Source: Octopus sinensis (Eukaryota). Taken from it: 64,000 bases of DNA. The stretch is taken from positions 8,746 to 72,745 of the forward strand of contig NW_021832272.1 of the NCBI RefSeq assembly GCF_006345805.1, written 5' to 3'. The notes under the pieces are model-generated. The model was not told where the DNA came from and ran no database searches. It saw only the letters and a program-made list of their open reading frames with translations. This document shows, piece after piece, positions 1-10,930 of the stretch. Position 1 is the first letter of the stretch. Each line of letters starts with the position of its first letter. Both the position numbers and the translations under genes were made by a program.

Positions 1-28
1 GTGTGCTGCACCTTAGAATATAGATTAA

Positions 29-559
29 CGTTTTAGCATTCGGATTATTGTCAAATGTGTTATTTATCCAGAGAGGTTTGAATTAATCTCGCATTATCTC
101 GTAGCTTGGCGGTTTCAATAATATCTTTTACTCTTTTACTTGTTTCAGTCATTTGACTGCGGCCATGCTGGAGCACCGCCTTTGATCGAGCAACTCGACC
201 CCGGGACCTATTCTTTTGTAAGCCCAGTACTTATTCTATCGGTCTTTTTTGCTGAACCGCTAAGTAATGGGGACATAAACACACCAGCATCGGTTGTCAA
301 GCAATGCTAGGGGGACAAACACAGACACACACACGCATATATATATATATATATATATATACATACATACATATATACGACGGGCTTCTTTCAGTTTCCG
401 TCTACCAAATCCACTCAGAAGGCTTTGGTCGGCCCAATGTGATTGTTTATTTTTAAACTAGCATTGTAAGGTAAGTGCGAGAGATCAGATCCAGTCAGTT
501 TGAACATAAAGCAGGTGAAATGTTTGGACCGGATATAATTGATTGAAATGCTAAAAAGT
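29..559. mobile_element. Decayed TTAA-flanked (piggyBac-like) MITE interrupted by a SINE
   Basis: TTAA (25-28) + cgttttagcatt at the left; aatgctaaaaag + TTAA (560-563) at the right. Confidence 0.45.
125..440 (-). mobile_element. SINE family A, 5'-truncated
   Basis: Reverse complement of the recurring tail gctccagcatggccgcagtcaaatgactgaaacaagtaaaag and body with internal (TA)/(CA). Confidence 0.85.
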
Positions 560-629
560 TTAACGGTAAATTAACCCAATTTGACTGGTTTTAATTAGTC
601 ACATTTGTAAACAATGGTTTATTCGTAAA

Positions 630-700
630 TTGGGTGGACGTAGCCGGTCGTTTTGGACCGGAATCCGGAATTCGTTCTACGCGTACATCTTCGACAACTT
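630..700. promoter_or_regulatory. CpG-rich unique segment with tandem CCGGAA (ETS-like) sites, possible promoter
   Basis: CCGGAA at 658-663 and 665-670 in a CpG-dense patch about 1.5 kb upstream of the candidate exon. Confidence 0.25.
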
Positions 701-877
701 TACCTACACACACGTGTAACCCCCCCCCCCCCGCACACACACTACACATACAGATAGATACACCATACACGCACACCCACATACATACGCGCGCACACAT
801 ACAAACTATATCATTTATGTTGTGTTAATGCAGGAGTCTCTACCTATGTATTAAATCTGCTAGAAATAACAGCTAAA

Positions 878-1300
878 GGATCTTTTCGGTTTGACAGGCA
901 GATTTTTAAAATAATTTCCACGTAACTAAACACTTTTAAACTTCGTATACTGGTAGAATGTGTTTATAAAACATCTTTTTCTCTTGGCTTTATTGAGAAA
1001 ATTCTATAGTTTGTAAGATATTTGTTGTTTTTTTTTCTTCAGTTTCTGCAATTTCAACCAATCAATGACGTCTATTGAGGTGAAAACATTCTGTGCCGTA
1101 TGAATATGTCCCTCGTTTAAGAAGCAGATTGGGTTTATTTACATTTCTGAAGAAGAAAGATACCCTTCTCCCCACCCCTAACCCTAACCCTAACCCTAAA
1201 ACAGATTGAAATGCAATAGATCGATACTAGGGTCATAATTATGGGTGACAATTTCATATGACACTGCTAGAAAAAACTGCCGGTCAAACTGAAAAGATCC
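878..1300. mobile_element. MITE with ~24-bp TIRs and 8-bp TSD (hAT/Merlin-like), carrying (CCCTAA)n
   Basis: ggatcttttcggtttgacaggcag ... ctgccggtcaaactgaaaagatcc; CAGCTAAA duplicated at 870-877 and 1301-1308. Confidence 0.8.
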
Positions 1301-1689
1301 CAGCTAAATTTACCTTTCATCCCCTGGGCTGATAAAATAATATACCAGTCATACACTGGGACTGTCTTTGTAGCATTATAGGCAACCAGACAAGTCAGTG
1401 CACCGGGCTCCTATAGCATTTAATTATTTACAGCAAGCCACAGCATACAGAAATCAGAATTTCCCTCCTCTCCCACCAGACCCTGTGAAGCCCCCAGGCA
1501 ACTAACTGCCCTATGTGCCCATGCCTTAAGACGGCACTGTACTGGGGTCGATATAATCAGGGCTGGTGCTAGAAGTGCAAAGCCCAATTAGAGAATTGTC
1601 AGTGTAGCATGAAACTATTAACAGCTATTTTGTAAATTGTGTATAATGAATTATGATCTTTCAATCACATTTGTTTTTTTCTTCTTTTT

Positions 1690-2080
1690 TTTACTTGTTT
1701 CAGTCATTTAGACTGCGGCCATGCTGGAGCACCGGCTTTAATCGAGCAACTCGACCCCGGGACTTATTCTTTGTAAGCCCAGTACTTATTCTATCGGTCT
1801 CTTTTGCCGAACCGCTATGTGACGGGGACATAAACACACCAGCATCGGTTGTCAAGCAATGTTAGGGAGACAAACACAGACACACAAACACACACGCGCA
1901 TACATATATATACATATATACAACGGGCTTCTTTCAGTTTCCGTCTACCAAATCCACGCACAGGACTTTGGTCAGCCCGAGGCTATAGTAGAAGACACTT
2001 TCCCAAGGTGCCACGCAGTGGGACTGAACACTGAACCATGTGGTTGGTAAACAAGCTACTTACTACACAGCCACTCCTGC
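1690..2080 (-). mobile_element. SINE family A, full length
   Basis: tRNA-like head gagtggctgtgtagtaagtagcttg...gttcagtccc, CORE-like ccttgggaaagtgt, internal microsatellite, standard tail. Confidence 0.9.
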
Positions 2081-2133
2081 GCCTTTGTTTAAATTGTTGA
2101 GAAGAATTATCTTTCTGTTTTGTTGTTTTACAG

Positions 2134-2216
2134 ATGGATGTCAGCATCTCGCCATCAACAGAAAATCTTCTCCCTGAATGTGAAACAGGAAGAAGCATTG
2201 TTTGATGGATGCAGAG
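2134..2216 (+). CDS. Probable upstream exon of the TOR1AIP-like gene (coding or 5'UTR)
   Basis: 83-nt unique segment between a strong acceptor (tttctgttttgttgttttacag, ends 2133) and a consensus donor (GAG|GTAAGT, 2217). The frame from ATG 2138 is open (MSASRHQQKIFSLNVKQEEALFDGCR). Confidence 0.5.
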
Positions 2217-2559
2217 GTAAGTAGGATCTTGTTGATGTGAAGGTCTGTACGATACATCATCATCCGTCATCGTTGATTTACCATTCACTTTTCCATGTTT
2301 GCATGGGTCTGACAGAATCTGTCGAGGCAGACTTTCTGCAGCCAAACATCCTTTCTGTCACCAAATCTTACCCGTATCCAAGCAAGATAATATTTCTTCA
2401 TAACCAGATATGTTTGCACAGAATATTGGCAATGAACGGCATTCCTTTTACATCAATCACTCAGTGTCAAGACAAAGAAACATAAATGCATGCACACCCA
2501 TACGCACATGTATACATATAGCATCATCATCATCATCATAATCATCATCACCATCGTCG

Positions 2560-2985
2560 TCGTCGTCGTCATCATCATCATCATCATCATCATTTTAATG
2601 TCCTCTTTTCTGTGCTTGCCTGGGTTGGGCAGAATTTATTGAGGTAGATTTTCCATGGCCAGATGCCCTTCCTGTCACCAACCTTCACTTGTTTCCAAGT
2701 AAGGTAATATCTCCCTGTGGCTAGACATTTTTTCACAGAATATTGGAAATGAATGACGCTTTTATAACAGTGACGATCATTTACGACTATCACACGATGC
2801 CTAGAGACACACACACACACATACACACATGACAGGCTTCTTTCAGTTTCCATCTATCAAATCCAATCACAAGGTTTTGATCCACCTGAAGCTATAGTAG
2901 AAGACATTTGCCCTCAAGGTACCACACAGTAGGACTGAACCTAAAACCATGTGGTTGCAAAGCCACCTTCTTACCCACACCACCA
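2560..2985 (-). mobile_element. SINE with family A head and RTE-type tail
   Basis: A-type head at 2830-2985 followed by ...aggaagggcatctggcc... and a (GAT)n end; a second tail copy lies at about 2250-2480. Confidence 0.6.
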
Positions 2986-3149
2986 ACACCTGTGCCCAAA
3001 TGAAAATCCTCGTGCCACTGACTCAAATGACCGAAAATCTGAATCAAAGACTAAACTTATTAATATAAACTTTTGAAACAGTCTTACATTAAAATCCTGG
3101 TGTGTATAACATGTACATATAATATGTATAACATGTATAAGGTGTATAT

Positions 3150-3390
3150 ATATATAACATGTATAAGCTGTCTCAGTGGCATGGAAAAAGCTCCATTCTA
3201 GTGTGGCTGATGCCAGTATCGCCTGACTGGTACACATGCCGGTGGCACATAAAAAACACCCACTACACTCAGAGTGGTTTGCATTAGGAAGGGCATCCAG
3301 CTGTAGAAACCTTGCCAGATCAGACTGGAGCATGGTGCAGCCTCCTAGCTTGCCAGTGCTCAGTCAAATCATCCAACCCATGCCAGCACA
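3150..3390 (+). mobile_element. RTE-type LINE 3' UTR fragment
   Basis: ggcacataaaaaacacccactacactc...ttaggaagggcatccagctgtagaaac..., same family as 13.3 kb and 61.7 kb. Confidence 0.65.
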
Positions 3391-3964
3391 GGTTCAAATA
3401 CTGCTGAGGTCTACTTTACCTTTCATTCTCTCGGGGTCAATACAATAAGTAGCAGTTGAGCTCTGAGGTCAATGCCATTGACTAACTCCCACCAAAATTT
3501 CAGGCTTTGCACCAGAATTAGAAAGAATTATTATTCTTGAGTGAGAGAGCAGCACATGCCATGAAAGTGACACTGGGGCAAAATATACAAAGCCCAGCAT
3601 ACCCATCTTGACTACCCATCTGATAAGGGTACACCTGGCACATACATCACAGCTATATGCGTGTGACATGTTGATCTTATCTCAAGTCAAACAGCACATG
3701 ACTTTGCAGGTGGGGCCCAGTTAGAATTTTCTTCAGGTTGAGTAGCCCATCATGCACAAAAGGTCCCTGAATAAGGTTTGTTTAAGAATGTTGAACGAAA
3801 CACCCATGTTTCCAAAAGTGAATTATCCAAACCCCAAACAATTCCTCTCGACACATGGTTATGATGCTCCCCCACTACTCCTGCTTGTGATCAGAGATGC
3901 ACATATCGTCAACCACTATTATTATTGTTGTTAATATTATTATTATTATTATTATTATTAAAAG

Positions 3965-4180
3965 GCAGCGAGCTGGCAGAAATGTTAGCACGCTGGGCGA
4001 AATGCTTAGCAGTATTTTGGCTGCTGTTACGTTCTGAGTTCAAATTCTGCTGAGGTTGACTTTGCCTTTCATCCTTTCGGGGTCGATTAAATAAGTACCA
4101 GTTACGCACTGGGGTCGATATAATCGACTTAATCCGTTTGTCTCCTCTGTGTTTAGCACCTTGTGGGTAGTAAAGAAATA
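3965..4180 (+). mobile_element. SINE family B (tRNA head plus Meta-like central domain)
   Basis: gagctggcagaaatgttagc...gagttcaaattc...gactttgcctttcatcctttcggggtcgattaaataagtaccag. Confidence 0.85.
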
Positions 4181-4380
4181 ATTATTGTTGTTATATTATT
4201 ATTATTATTATTATTATTATTTATGCCTTCAATAGAAAGGATTATTATTATTATTATTATTATTATATTATTATTATTATTTATGCCTTCAATAGAAAGG
4301 ATTATTATTATTATTATTATTATTATTATCATTATTTGTCATGAAAATGCTTTACTTTTTTCATTTATGATTTTATTTTA

Positions 4381-4477
4381 AATGTCTACTTTTTTTCCTG
4401 TTGCAGGTACAGTCTGTCTGTGAGATCTCGTCGTTGGTTATTCTGATTTCTGAGTTCTAGTTTTCATTGCTCCACAG
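4381..4477 (+). promoter_or_regulatory. Cluster of three candidate 3' splice sites (AG ending 4406, 4460, 4477)
   Basis: ttttttcctgttgcag, tctgatttctgagttctag and ttttcattgctccacag lie directly upstream of the main ORF. Confidence 0.55.
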
Positions 4478-4528
4478 CGATGTGCTGACGCTGGAGACGA
4501 TTGCGATTCCATTTTTGTGAAGACAACA

Positions 4529-5476
4529 ATGACGAAAATGGTGAGCAGTTTAGAGACAAACAACGATTTTAATTTCTCGGACAAAGGTAACAGTTCTACT
4601 TCGGTGATAAACAGGTCAAAGAATAGAAAGAGCTGTTCAGAACAACAGCAACAACAACAGCAGCAACAGCAACAACAACAACAACAACAAAAATCCTCAA
4701 ACAAAAGAACTGAAAAAGAGCTCCAGGAACCAAGCAATGTTCACGTCTTGATCCTCTTCATCCTCTTCCTTCTGTTTGTGTTTTTTTACACGGGTCTCCG
4801 CGTCTACCTTCGACCGACGAAAGCCCCAATACCTGTTACTGTGAATACTTTTCAAGAGTACCTCACTGAAATACAACAGATAAAGTACATGTACTTCACT
4901 CAGACAGAGGAATTCTGGAACATTCTGAAAGACAATGCGCAGCAGTTTCTGATGACTGGCAAAGAACCTAAAACCCCTGCTGCCGTCATGGTGATCCTTC
5001 CTGCTGGTGAGAGGCAGTTGGCTGTTTGCCTCTTGGATTACTGGTCGCAAATCATGAACAGACTTTTGAGTAGCCAAATCACAGACTCAGCTTTAGAACC
5101 GGTCGTGGACGGTTCTAGTGTAACGTCTTACAAACCTGGACACCAAAGGACAATAATATCCGAACAGATTCAACAGTTAGTCGCAAGTGGTCACAAGTCG
5201 GTCACCATCAGCAGTTGGGAGCATCTGCACATTGAAACGCTGCAGCTCCTGTGCAGTATATGCGAGTCAACGAATTTGTTCTACCAGCAAGTGACAGTGG
5301 TATTTCTACTGGAGATACCAGATGAAGAGCATCACATTGATAATAAGTCAGAGATACATTCCTACTTGGCTTCAATCTGGAGTCATTTAAAAGATGATCA
5401 AGTTAAGAATTTACTACATGTAATAGCTAATAACATTGCCTTTCTAACACCGGACGATACTTTCATGGGTTGTTAA
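4529..5476 (+). CDS. TOR1AIP: Torsin-1A-interacting protein (LAP1/LULL1)-like type II membrane protein, main coding exon
   Basis: Long non-repetitive ORF; first ATG at 4529 (the track starts at a GTG, 4517). Polar N-terminus with a 16-Gln tract (4643-4690), one TM helix VHVLILFILFLLFVFFYTGL, then a luminal domain matching LAP1/LULL1 motifs in order: EIQQIKYMYFTQTEEFW, PAAVMVI..AVCL, VDG, ICESTNLFYQQVTVVFLL, DQVKNLLHVIANNIAFLTPD and a terminal Cys. Confidence 0.85.
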   Translation: MTKMVSSLETNNDFNFSDKGNSSTSVINRSKNRKSCSEQQQQQQQQQQQQQQQQKSSNKRTEKELQEPSNVHVLILFILFLLFVFFYTGLRVYLRPTKAPIPVTVNTFQEYLTEIQQIKYMYFTQTEEFWNILKDNAQQFLMTGKEPKTPAAVMVILPAGERQLAVCLLDYWSQIMNRLLSSQITDSALEPVVDGSSVTSYKPGHQRTIISEQIQQLVASGHKSVTISSWEHLHIETLQLLCSICESTNLFYQQVTVVFLLEIPDEEHHIDNKSEIHSYLASIWSHLKDDQVKNLLHVIANNIAFLTPDDTFMGC

Positions 5477-5637
5477 GGTTTATGGTAACATGGAGGACAT
5501 CTGTAATGTTCACCTTCCACACACAAATTCCTTCCTTAATCAATCGTGTGTTTATGTGATACAAAGGAACCTGTAATTTTCACTTCATACAAATTCTCAA
5601 GGGTTTGCTTAAGTGTGTGTATGTGTATGTGTATATA

Positions 5638-5693
<56 letters not shown>

Positions 5694-5741
5694 TATTAAA
5701 TTCTAAATATCTCAGAGAGATATGAGCGGTGGTGGAATGAT

Positions 5742-5942
5742 AGAGCGGTTATATACTGTCAACTTTCCTGTGTACTTATATTTACGAAGGGGAGGGGGTG
5801 CTTGTCTCCCCTTCGTAAATATAAGGACTCAGGAAATGTGTCAAAGCCGACAGGAAGCGTTGATGCTTCCTAGGGCTAAATAGCGGTGGTGTGATTCTTT
5901 TTACGGGACTGTCATGTTAAGTTGACAGTATACAACCGCTCT
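5742..5942. repeat. 200-bp nested inverted-repeat element (MITE-like)
   Basis: Outer arms 5742-5764/5920-5942; inner 30-bp stem 5765-5794/5806-5835; 7-bp stem 5852-5858/5865-5871. Confidence 0.8.
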
Positions 5943-5978
5943 CTCTCTCTCTCTCTCTCTCTCCTCTCTCTCTCGCTC

Positions 5979-6011
<33 letters not shown>

Positions 6012-6269
6012 GTACATGTATATATGTATGTATGTCTGTGTTTCTCCTGCCATTGCTGCTTGACAACAAATGTTGGTGTGTTTATGTCCCCCTGTAATTT
6101 AGTAGTTCAGCAAAGGAGTCTGATAGAATACCAAGTTTTAAAGATTATGCACTGGGGTTGATTCAGTCAACTAAAAATTCTTCGAAGTGGTGCCCCAGCA
6201 TGGCCGCAGTCTAATGTCTGAAACAAGTAAAAGATAAAATATAAAAATTACATACTATATATATGATGT

Positions 6270-6665
6270 GTGTGCGTGGCTGTGTGGTAAGTAGCTTGTT
6301 TACCAACCGCATGGTTCCGGGTTCAGTCCCACTGCGTGGCACCTTGGGCAAGTGTCTTCTACTATAGCCTCGGCCCGACCAAAGCCTTGTGAGTGGATTT
6401 GGTAGACGGAAACTGAAAGAAGCCTGTCGTATATATGTATATATATGTGTGTGTATATTTGTGTGTCTGTGTTTGTCCCCTTAGCATTGCTTGACAACCG
6501 ATGCTGGTGTGTTTACGTCCCCGTTACTTAGTGGTTCGGCAAAGAGACCGATAGAATAAGTACTGGGCTTACAAAGAATAAGTCCCGGGGTCGATTTGCT
6601 CGACTAAAGGCGGTGCTCCAGCATGGCCGCAGTGAAATGACTGAAACAAGTAAAAGAGTAAAGGA
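6270..6665 (+). mobile_element. SINE family A; an older tail fragment lies at 6060-6240
   Basis: Family A head, body and tail motifs. Confidence 0.9.
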
Positions 6666-7009
6666 GTATATATGTATAAGTATATTATGTATATATATCA
6701 TATATATATATATGTATGTGTACCCATTCAGTGTTAATTGTCTGAAGAAAAAGTACTCAATACCCTCGTAGAGATTAATAATATTTCATTTTGGTTGTTG
6801 CTCTGAGTTTTACCTGTGGATGCTTAGAGTTTTCAGGCAAGTTTTGACTCATAATTTGTGTGAAGACTGTGTTCACTCACAGGCAAGACTCAGCGTAGAG
6901 ACTCAGAGTTGATCAAACTGAAAATATGATACATATATATTTTTAAATGTGTATGTGTGTGCCACATATATGTAATATGAACATCGTGTATATATATATA
7001 TATATATTT

Positions 7010-7285
7010 TTTCGACCAGACCATCAGATGTTGTTACACATCGCTGGTCACAATGCATTCGCATTGTTTTAGCCTTCGAATGACGCCACCCCGCTGGCTA
7101 AGCGAGCAGGCCAACAGAAGAAAGAGTGGTGAAAGAGTACAGCAGGGATCACCACCCCCTGCCGGAGCCTCGTGGAGCTTTAAGGTGTTTTCGCTCAATA
7201 AACACTCACAACGCCCGGTCTGGGAATCGAAACCGCGATCCTGTGACCGTGAGTCCGCTGCCCTAACCACTAGGCCATTACATAC
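7010..7285 (-). mobile_element. SINE family C (tRNA-like head)
   Basis: Minus strand reads aatggcctagtggttagggcagcggactc...ggtttcgattccc, the same head as 49270. Confidence 0.8.
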
Positions 7286-7544
7286 ATATATATATATGCA
7301 ACATATGGTATAATTATAAACAGGGCAAATTTTAGCCATTTCTCTGCAGACTGAAAAAAAAAATGTACAACCTTATTTGATTTTTAAACTTTATTAGGTT
7401 CTCATCAGAAGGGTCCTCATCATTTTAAACAGTCTCCATAGTAACAAGCAACCAAACTGTTTATATATTCAATAAATGCAGCAGTTTCTCTATGAAGAAG
7501 TTCCTAATTTGCATATCAAAAGTGTTTAACACTCTATAAATACC

Positions 7545-7765
7545 TATTTCTTTACTGTCCACAAGGGGCTACACACACAGGGGACAAACGGATTAAGTCG
7601 ATTACATCGACCCCAGTGCGTAACTGGTACTTAATTTATCGACCCTGAAAGGATGAAAGGCAAAGTCGACCTCGGCGGAATTTGAACTCAGAACATAGTG
7701 GCAGACGAAATACGGCTACGTATTTCGTCCGGCGTGCTAATGTTTCTGCCAGCTTGCTGCCTTAT
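7545..7765 (-). mobile_element. SINE family B
   Basis: Reverse complement of the B consensus. Confidence 0.85.
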
Positions 7766-7946
7766 AAATACCACTCTCTAAATACCAGCAGCCTGTCAAC
7801 AGGGATCGTAATCCATACAGTATCAAGGTATGGTATAGTATACGTATAACATGTGGTATAATTATAAGCGGGGCAAATTTTAGCCATTTCTCTGCAGGCT
7901 GAAAAAATGATGAACTACCTTAATTGATTTCCAAGCCTTATTGAGT

Positions 7947-7980
<34 letters not shown>

Positions 7981-7986
<6 letters not shown>

Positions 7987-8563
7987 AATATTAGGGAATA
8001 AATCCAAACTTACAGGGAAAAGTCAGATTTAGGATTGAATCCAATTTTATAGTAAAATATTATATTATATTAAATTAGAGATAAAACCACTATTAGGCAA
8101 ATCATACAATGAAAAACTTAAGCCAATACATAAGATTATTTAATTTATATTATTTAAATATATAACAAAATTATTAAAAAAATATAATTAATATAACACT
8201 ACGATCGTTTCATGGCTGTTAATTTCTTTAAATTTTCGAGTTACAGTCATTCATCAGGTGGTTTAAATATTTAACTTGGCGAGGTTTAATCAATGAATGA
8301 CTGTAACTCGAAAATTTAAAGAAATTAACAGCCATGAAACGATCGTAGTGTTATATTAATTATATTTTTTAAATAATTTTGTTATATATTTAAATAATAT
8401 AAATTAAATAATCTTATGTATTGGCTTAAGTTTTTCATTGTATGATTTGCCTAATAGTGGTTTTATCTCTAATTTAATATAATATAATATTTTACTATAA
8501 AATTGGATTCAATCCTAAATCTGACTTTTCCCTGTAAGTTTGGATTTATTCCCTAATATTTAT

Positions 8564-8566
<3 letters not shown>
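7981..8566. repeat. Near-perfect long inverted repeat (arms ~274 bp, 38-bp spacer) between (TA)n tracts; probable inverted PLE pLTR pair
   Basis: 7981-8254 is the reverse complement of 8293-8566, with one mismatch noticed by eye. Confidence 0.95.
8197..8260 (-). ncRNA. Type I hammerhead ribozyme motif, canonical core
   Basis: CAC-CUGAUGA-AUGACUGU...ACAGCCAU-GAA-ACGAUCGU-A-GUG: helix I CAC/GUG, palindromic helix III, GUA cleavage triplet. Confidence 0.75.
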
Positions 8567-8594
<28 letters not shown>

Positions 8595-8930
8595 ATGTAT
8601 GTATATGCTTAAGTTTGTAAGCAAACTCTTACAAACAGAACAGGATTGCAAGGACACAAGAAAAACGTGAACTATGCACGTCCAGAGCCAAACCCCTGCC
8701 TTTAGTCACTGCTGGTCACCAATGCCTGACCTACAGCAGGGCCTTCCAAGCATGCATCAGACTGATTGGCCTCAGATGGACACACCAAGCCCTGTCTTTT
8801 TCTCCCATATGATACCCTTGGTCATTGTCAACAACAATGGACAAACTAATAATAATAATAATAATATATGTGTGTGTGTCTTTATAAATATGTATGCATG
8901 TGTATATTATATGTATGTATATATATAATG

Positions 8931-8961
<31 letters not shown>

Positions 8962-9045
8962 ATATATATATATTATGTATATATATATATATATATATAT
9001 ACTACAAAATTAGAAAATGGAGAAACATACTTAAATCAATAAAAC

Positions 9046-9078
<33 letters not shown>

Positions 9079-9369
9079 CATATGTACATATATGTTTATT
9101 TTTAATGTCTCTGCTTGCTTATGAAGTGTTCAGGTGAATGGTAACACTTGTTACAGGTATTTTTCTTTTACAGAATATTTAGTTAACATTCCACAACAGA
9201 TTCATAAGATTGGACTACAAAGGAACAATGTATAATCTGCTGCTTTCTCTCAAAATACAGAAGAAAACAACAGATTTTATTTATTTACAATAAAAAGTGA
9301 AAAAAAGAAAAAGAAGTTACCAATTTCTTTGGTTATATTGGTATATATGCTACCTGTATAAATAGGGTA

Positions 9370-9690
9370 CGGGTAAAGACCCCCTTCGGTCATGAATGAC
9401 CATGGGATTGCACCTGGAAAGTTTCCCTCAAAGGCTCAAGTCCGGGGAAGGTTGTTTATGGAAGACCAGCAGTCGCCCATGCATGCCAGCCTCCTCTCTC
9501 CATTCCACTGATGTTATCTAAAAGAACGGCAAAGGGGCCGATACAGCTTGGTATCAGTGATGTCGCAACTCATTTCTACAGCTGAGTGAACTGGTGTAAT
9601 ATGAAATAAAGAGTCTTGCTCAAGAGCACAACATACAGCTTGGTTCAGGAGTTGAACTCACTACCTCATGGTTCTGGGTTTAATGCTATT
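9370..9690 (-). mobile_element. SINE family D, followed by a family A remnant (9690-9940, +)
   Basis: Reverse complement of the 56115-56449 element. Confidence 0.75.
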
Positions 9691-9984
9691 GTATGACACC
9701 TTGGACAAGTCTTTTACTATGGCCTTGGGCTGTCCAAAGCCTTGTGAGTGGATTTGGTAAATGGAAACTTAAAGAAGCTCATCGTGTGAATATATATATA
9801 TATATATATATATAAAGAGACCTATGAAATAAGTACTAGGCTTACAAAGAATAAGTCCTGGGGTCGATTTCTTCAGCTAAAAATCCCTTTAAGGCATGCT
9901 CCAGCATGGCCGCAGCCAAAAGTAACTGAAACAAGTAAAAGAATATATATATATATATATATATATATAACATATATGTATGTA

Positions 9985-10023
<39 letters not shown>

Positions 10024-10025
<2 letters not shown>

Positions 10026-10930
10026 AGAACCTTCAATGAAAAATGTTGCCTGATTAATGTAGCTAAATTGGAAATTGGGCTGGTGATTAAGCATATTTTG
10101 AGGAAGATGACAACATTAGCTATTCGCTATTGTGGGCTTATATCAAAAAGGTTCCTAGAAATGATACTATTTTTGCTAAAGAGTTGACTGATGTTAGTTA
10201 TAAGGATATAGAAGCAATAGTGACCGCCAGAAAAACCCTTTTGTTCAATAAAGGTTCAGCATTGGTCAAAAGAACTGGCCAAGAAGGTTCCTTCGACATG
10301 GCAATGGAGTGGATATCAATGACCTCATAAGATAATATATACTTGACACCTTATGTGATTTCTGTCATAGAGGTGATACCTGAGCCACCTGTAGATGCAC
10401 AAGTGGACATACCCTGGATAGATTAAGAAAGGACCTGATTTATATACTTAACTTCTCCAGTCTCAAGGTTTCCATTGAAACCGACCTTACCATTGTTAAT
10501 TTTTAAAGTTACACATGGTTTAGGCTCTGCCTTACATAGGTCCTACAGTAAACCAAATGAAAGGCTTTCATATATCAATAGAATCTCCTGCCACCCACCT
10601 ATTGTGTTTAAGAAGCCTGTGAAAGATTACAGTAAGAGGATTTCAAACTTGTCCTCAAATAAAGATGGTTTTGATGCAGCAGCCCCCAGCGAGTCTAAGA
10701 GCTGCATCATCTACATGCCAAGAGCTCCCACCCATGAAAGAAAGTACCATCATAAAATCATTTGATTTGTTCTACCCTTCTCACTCAATCTCAAAACCTT
10801 TGTGGGAAAGGTTTCCTTAGATTAGTAGATAAGCATTTCACACAGTTCCATAGATATAAGAGATTATTTATCAGACCACATTCAGCTGTGTGTAGATAAT
10901 ATCTAAACGCCATTTGGTAACACTACAAAA
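10024..10930 (+). pseudogene. Decayed Penelope-like element reverse transcriptase/thumb region
   Basis: Frameshifted pieces CCLINVAKLEIGLVIKHIL, ARKTLLFNKG..VKR..SFDMAM, YSKPNERLSYINRISCHPP..SKRISNLSSN match PLE RT motifs (RLINPAKSEIG, KSLLFN..FDVTMG, KPN..YIN..SNHPP). Confidence 0.8.

Noticed and set aside
591-720. Minus-strand peptide GKVVEDVRVERIPDSGPKRPATSTQ as a terminal exon
   Set aside because: No recognisable homology, and the acceptor lacks a pyrimidine tract.
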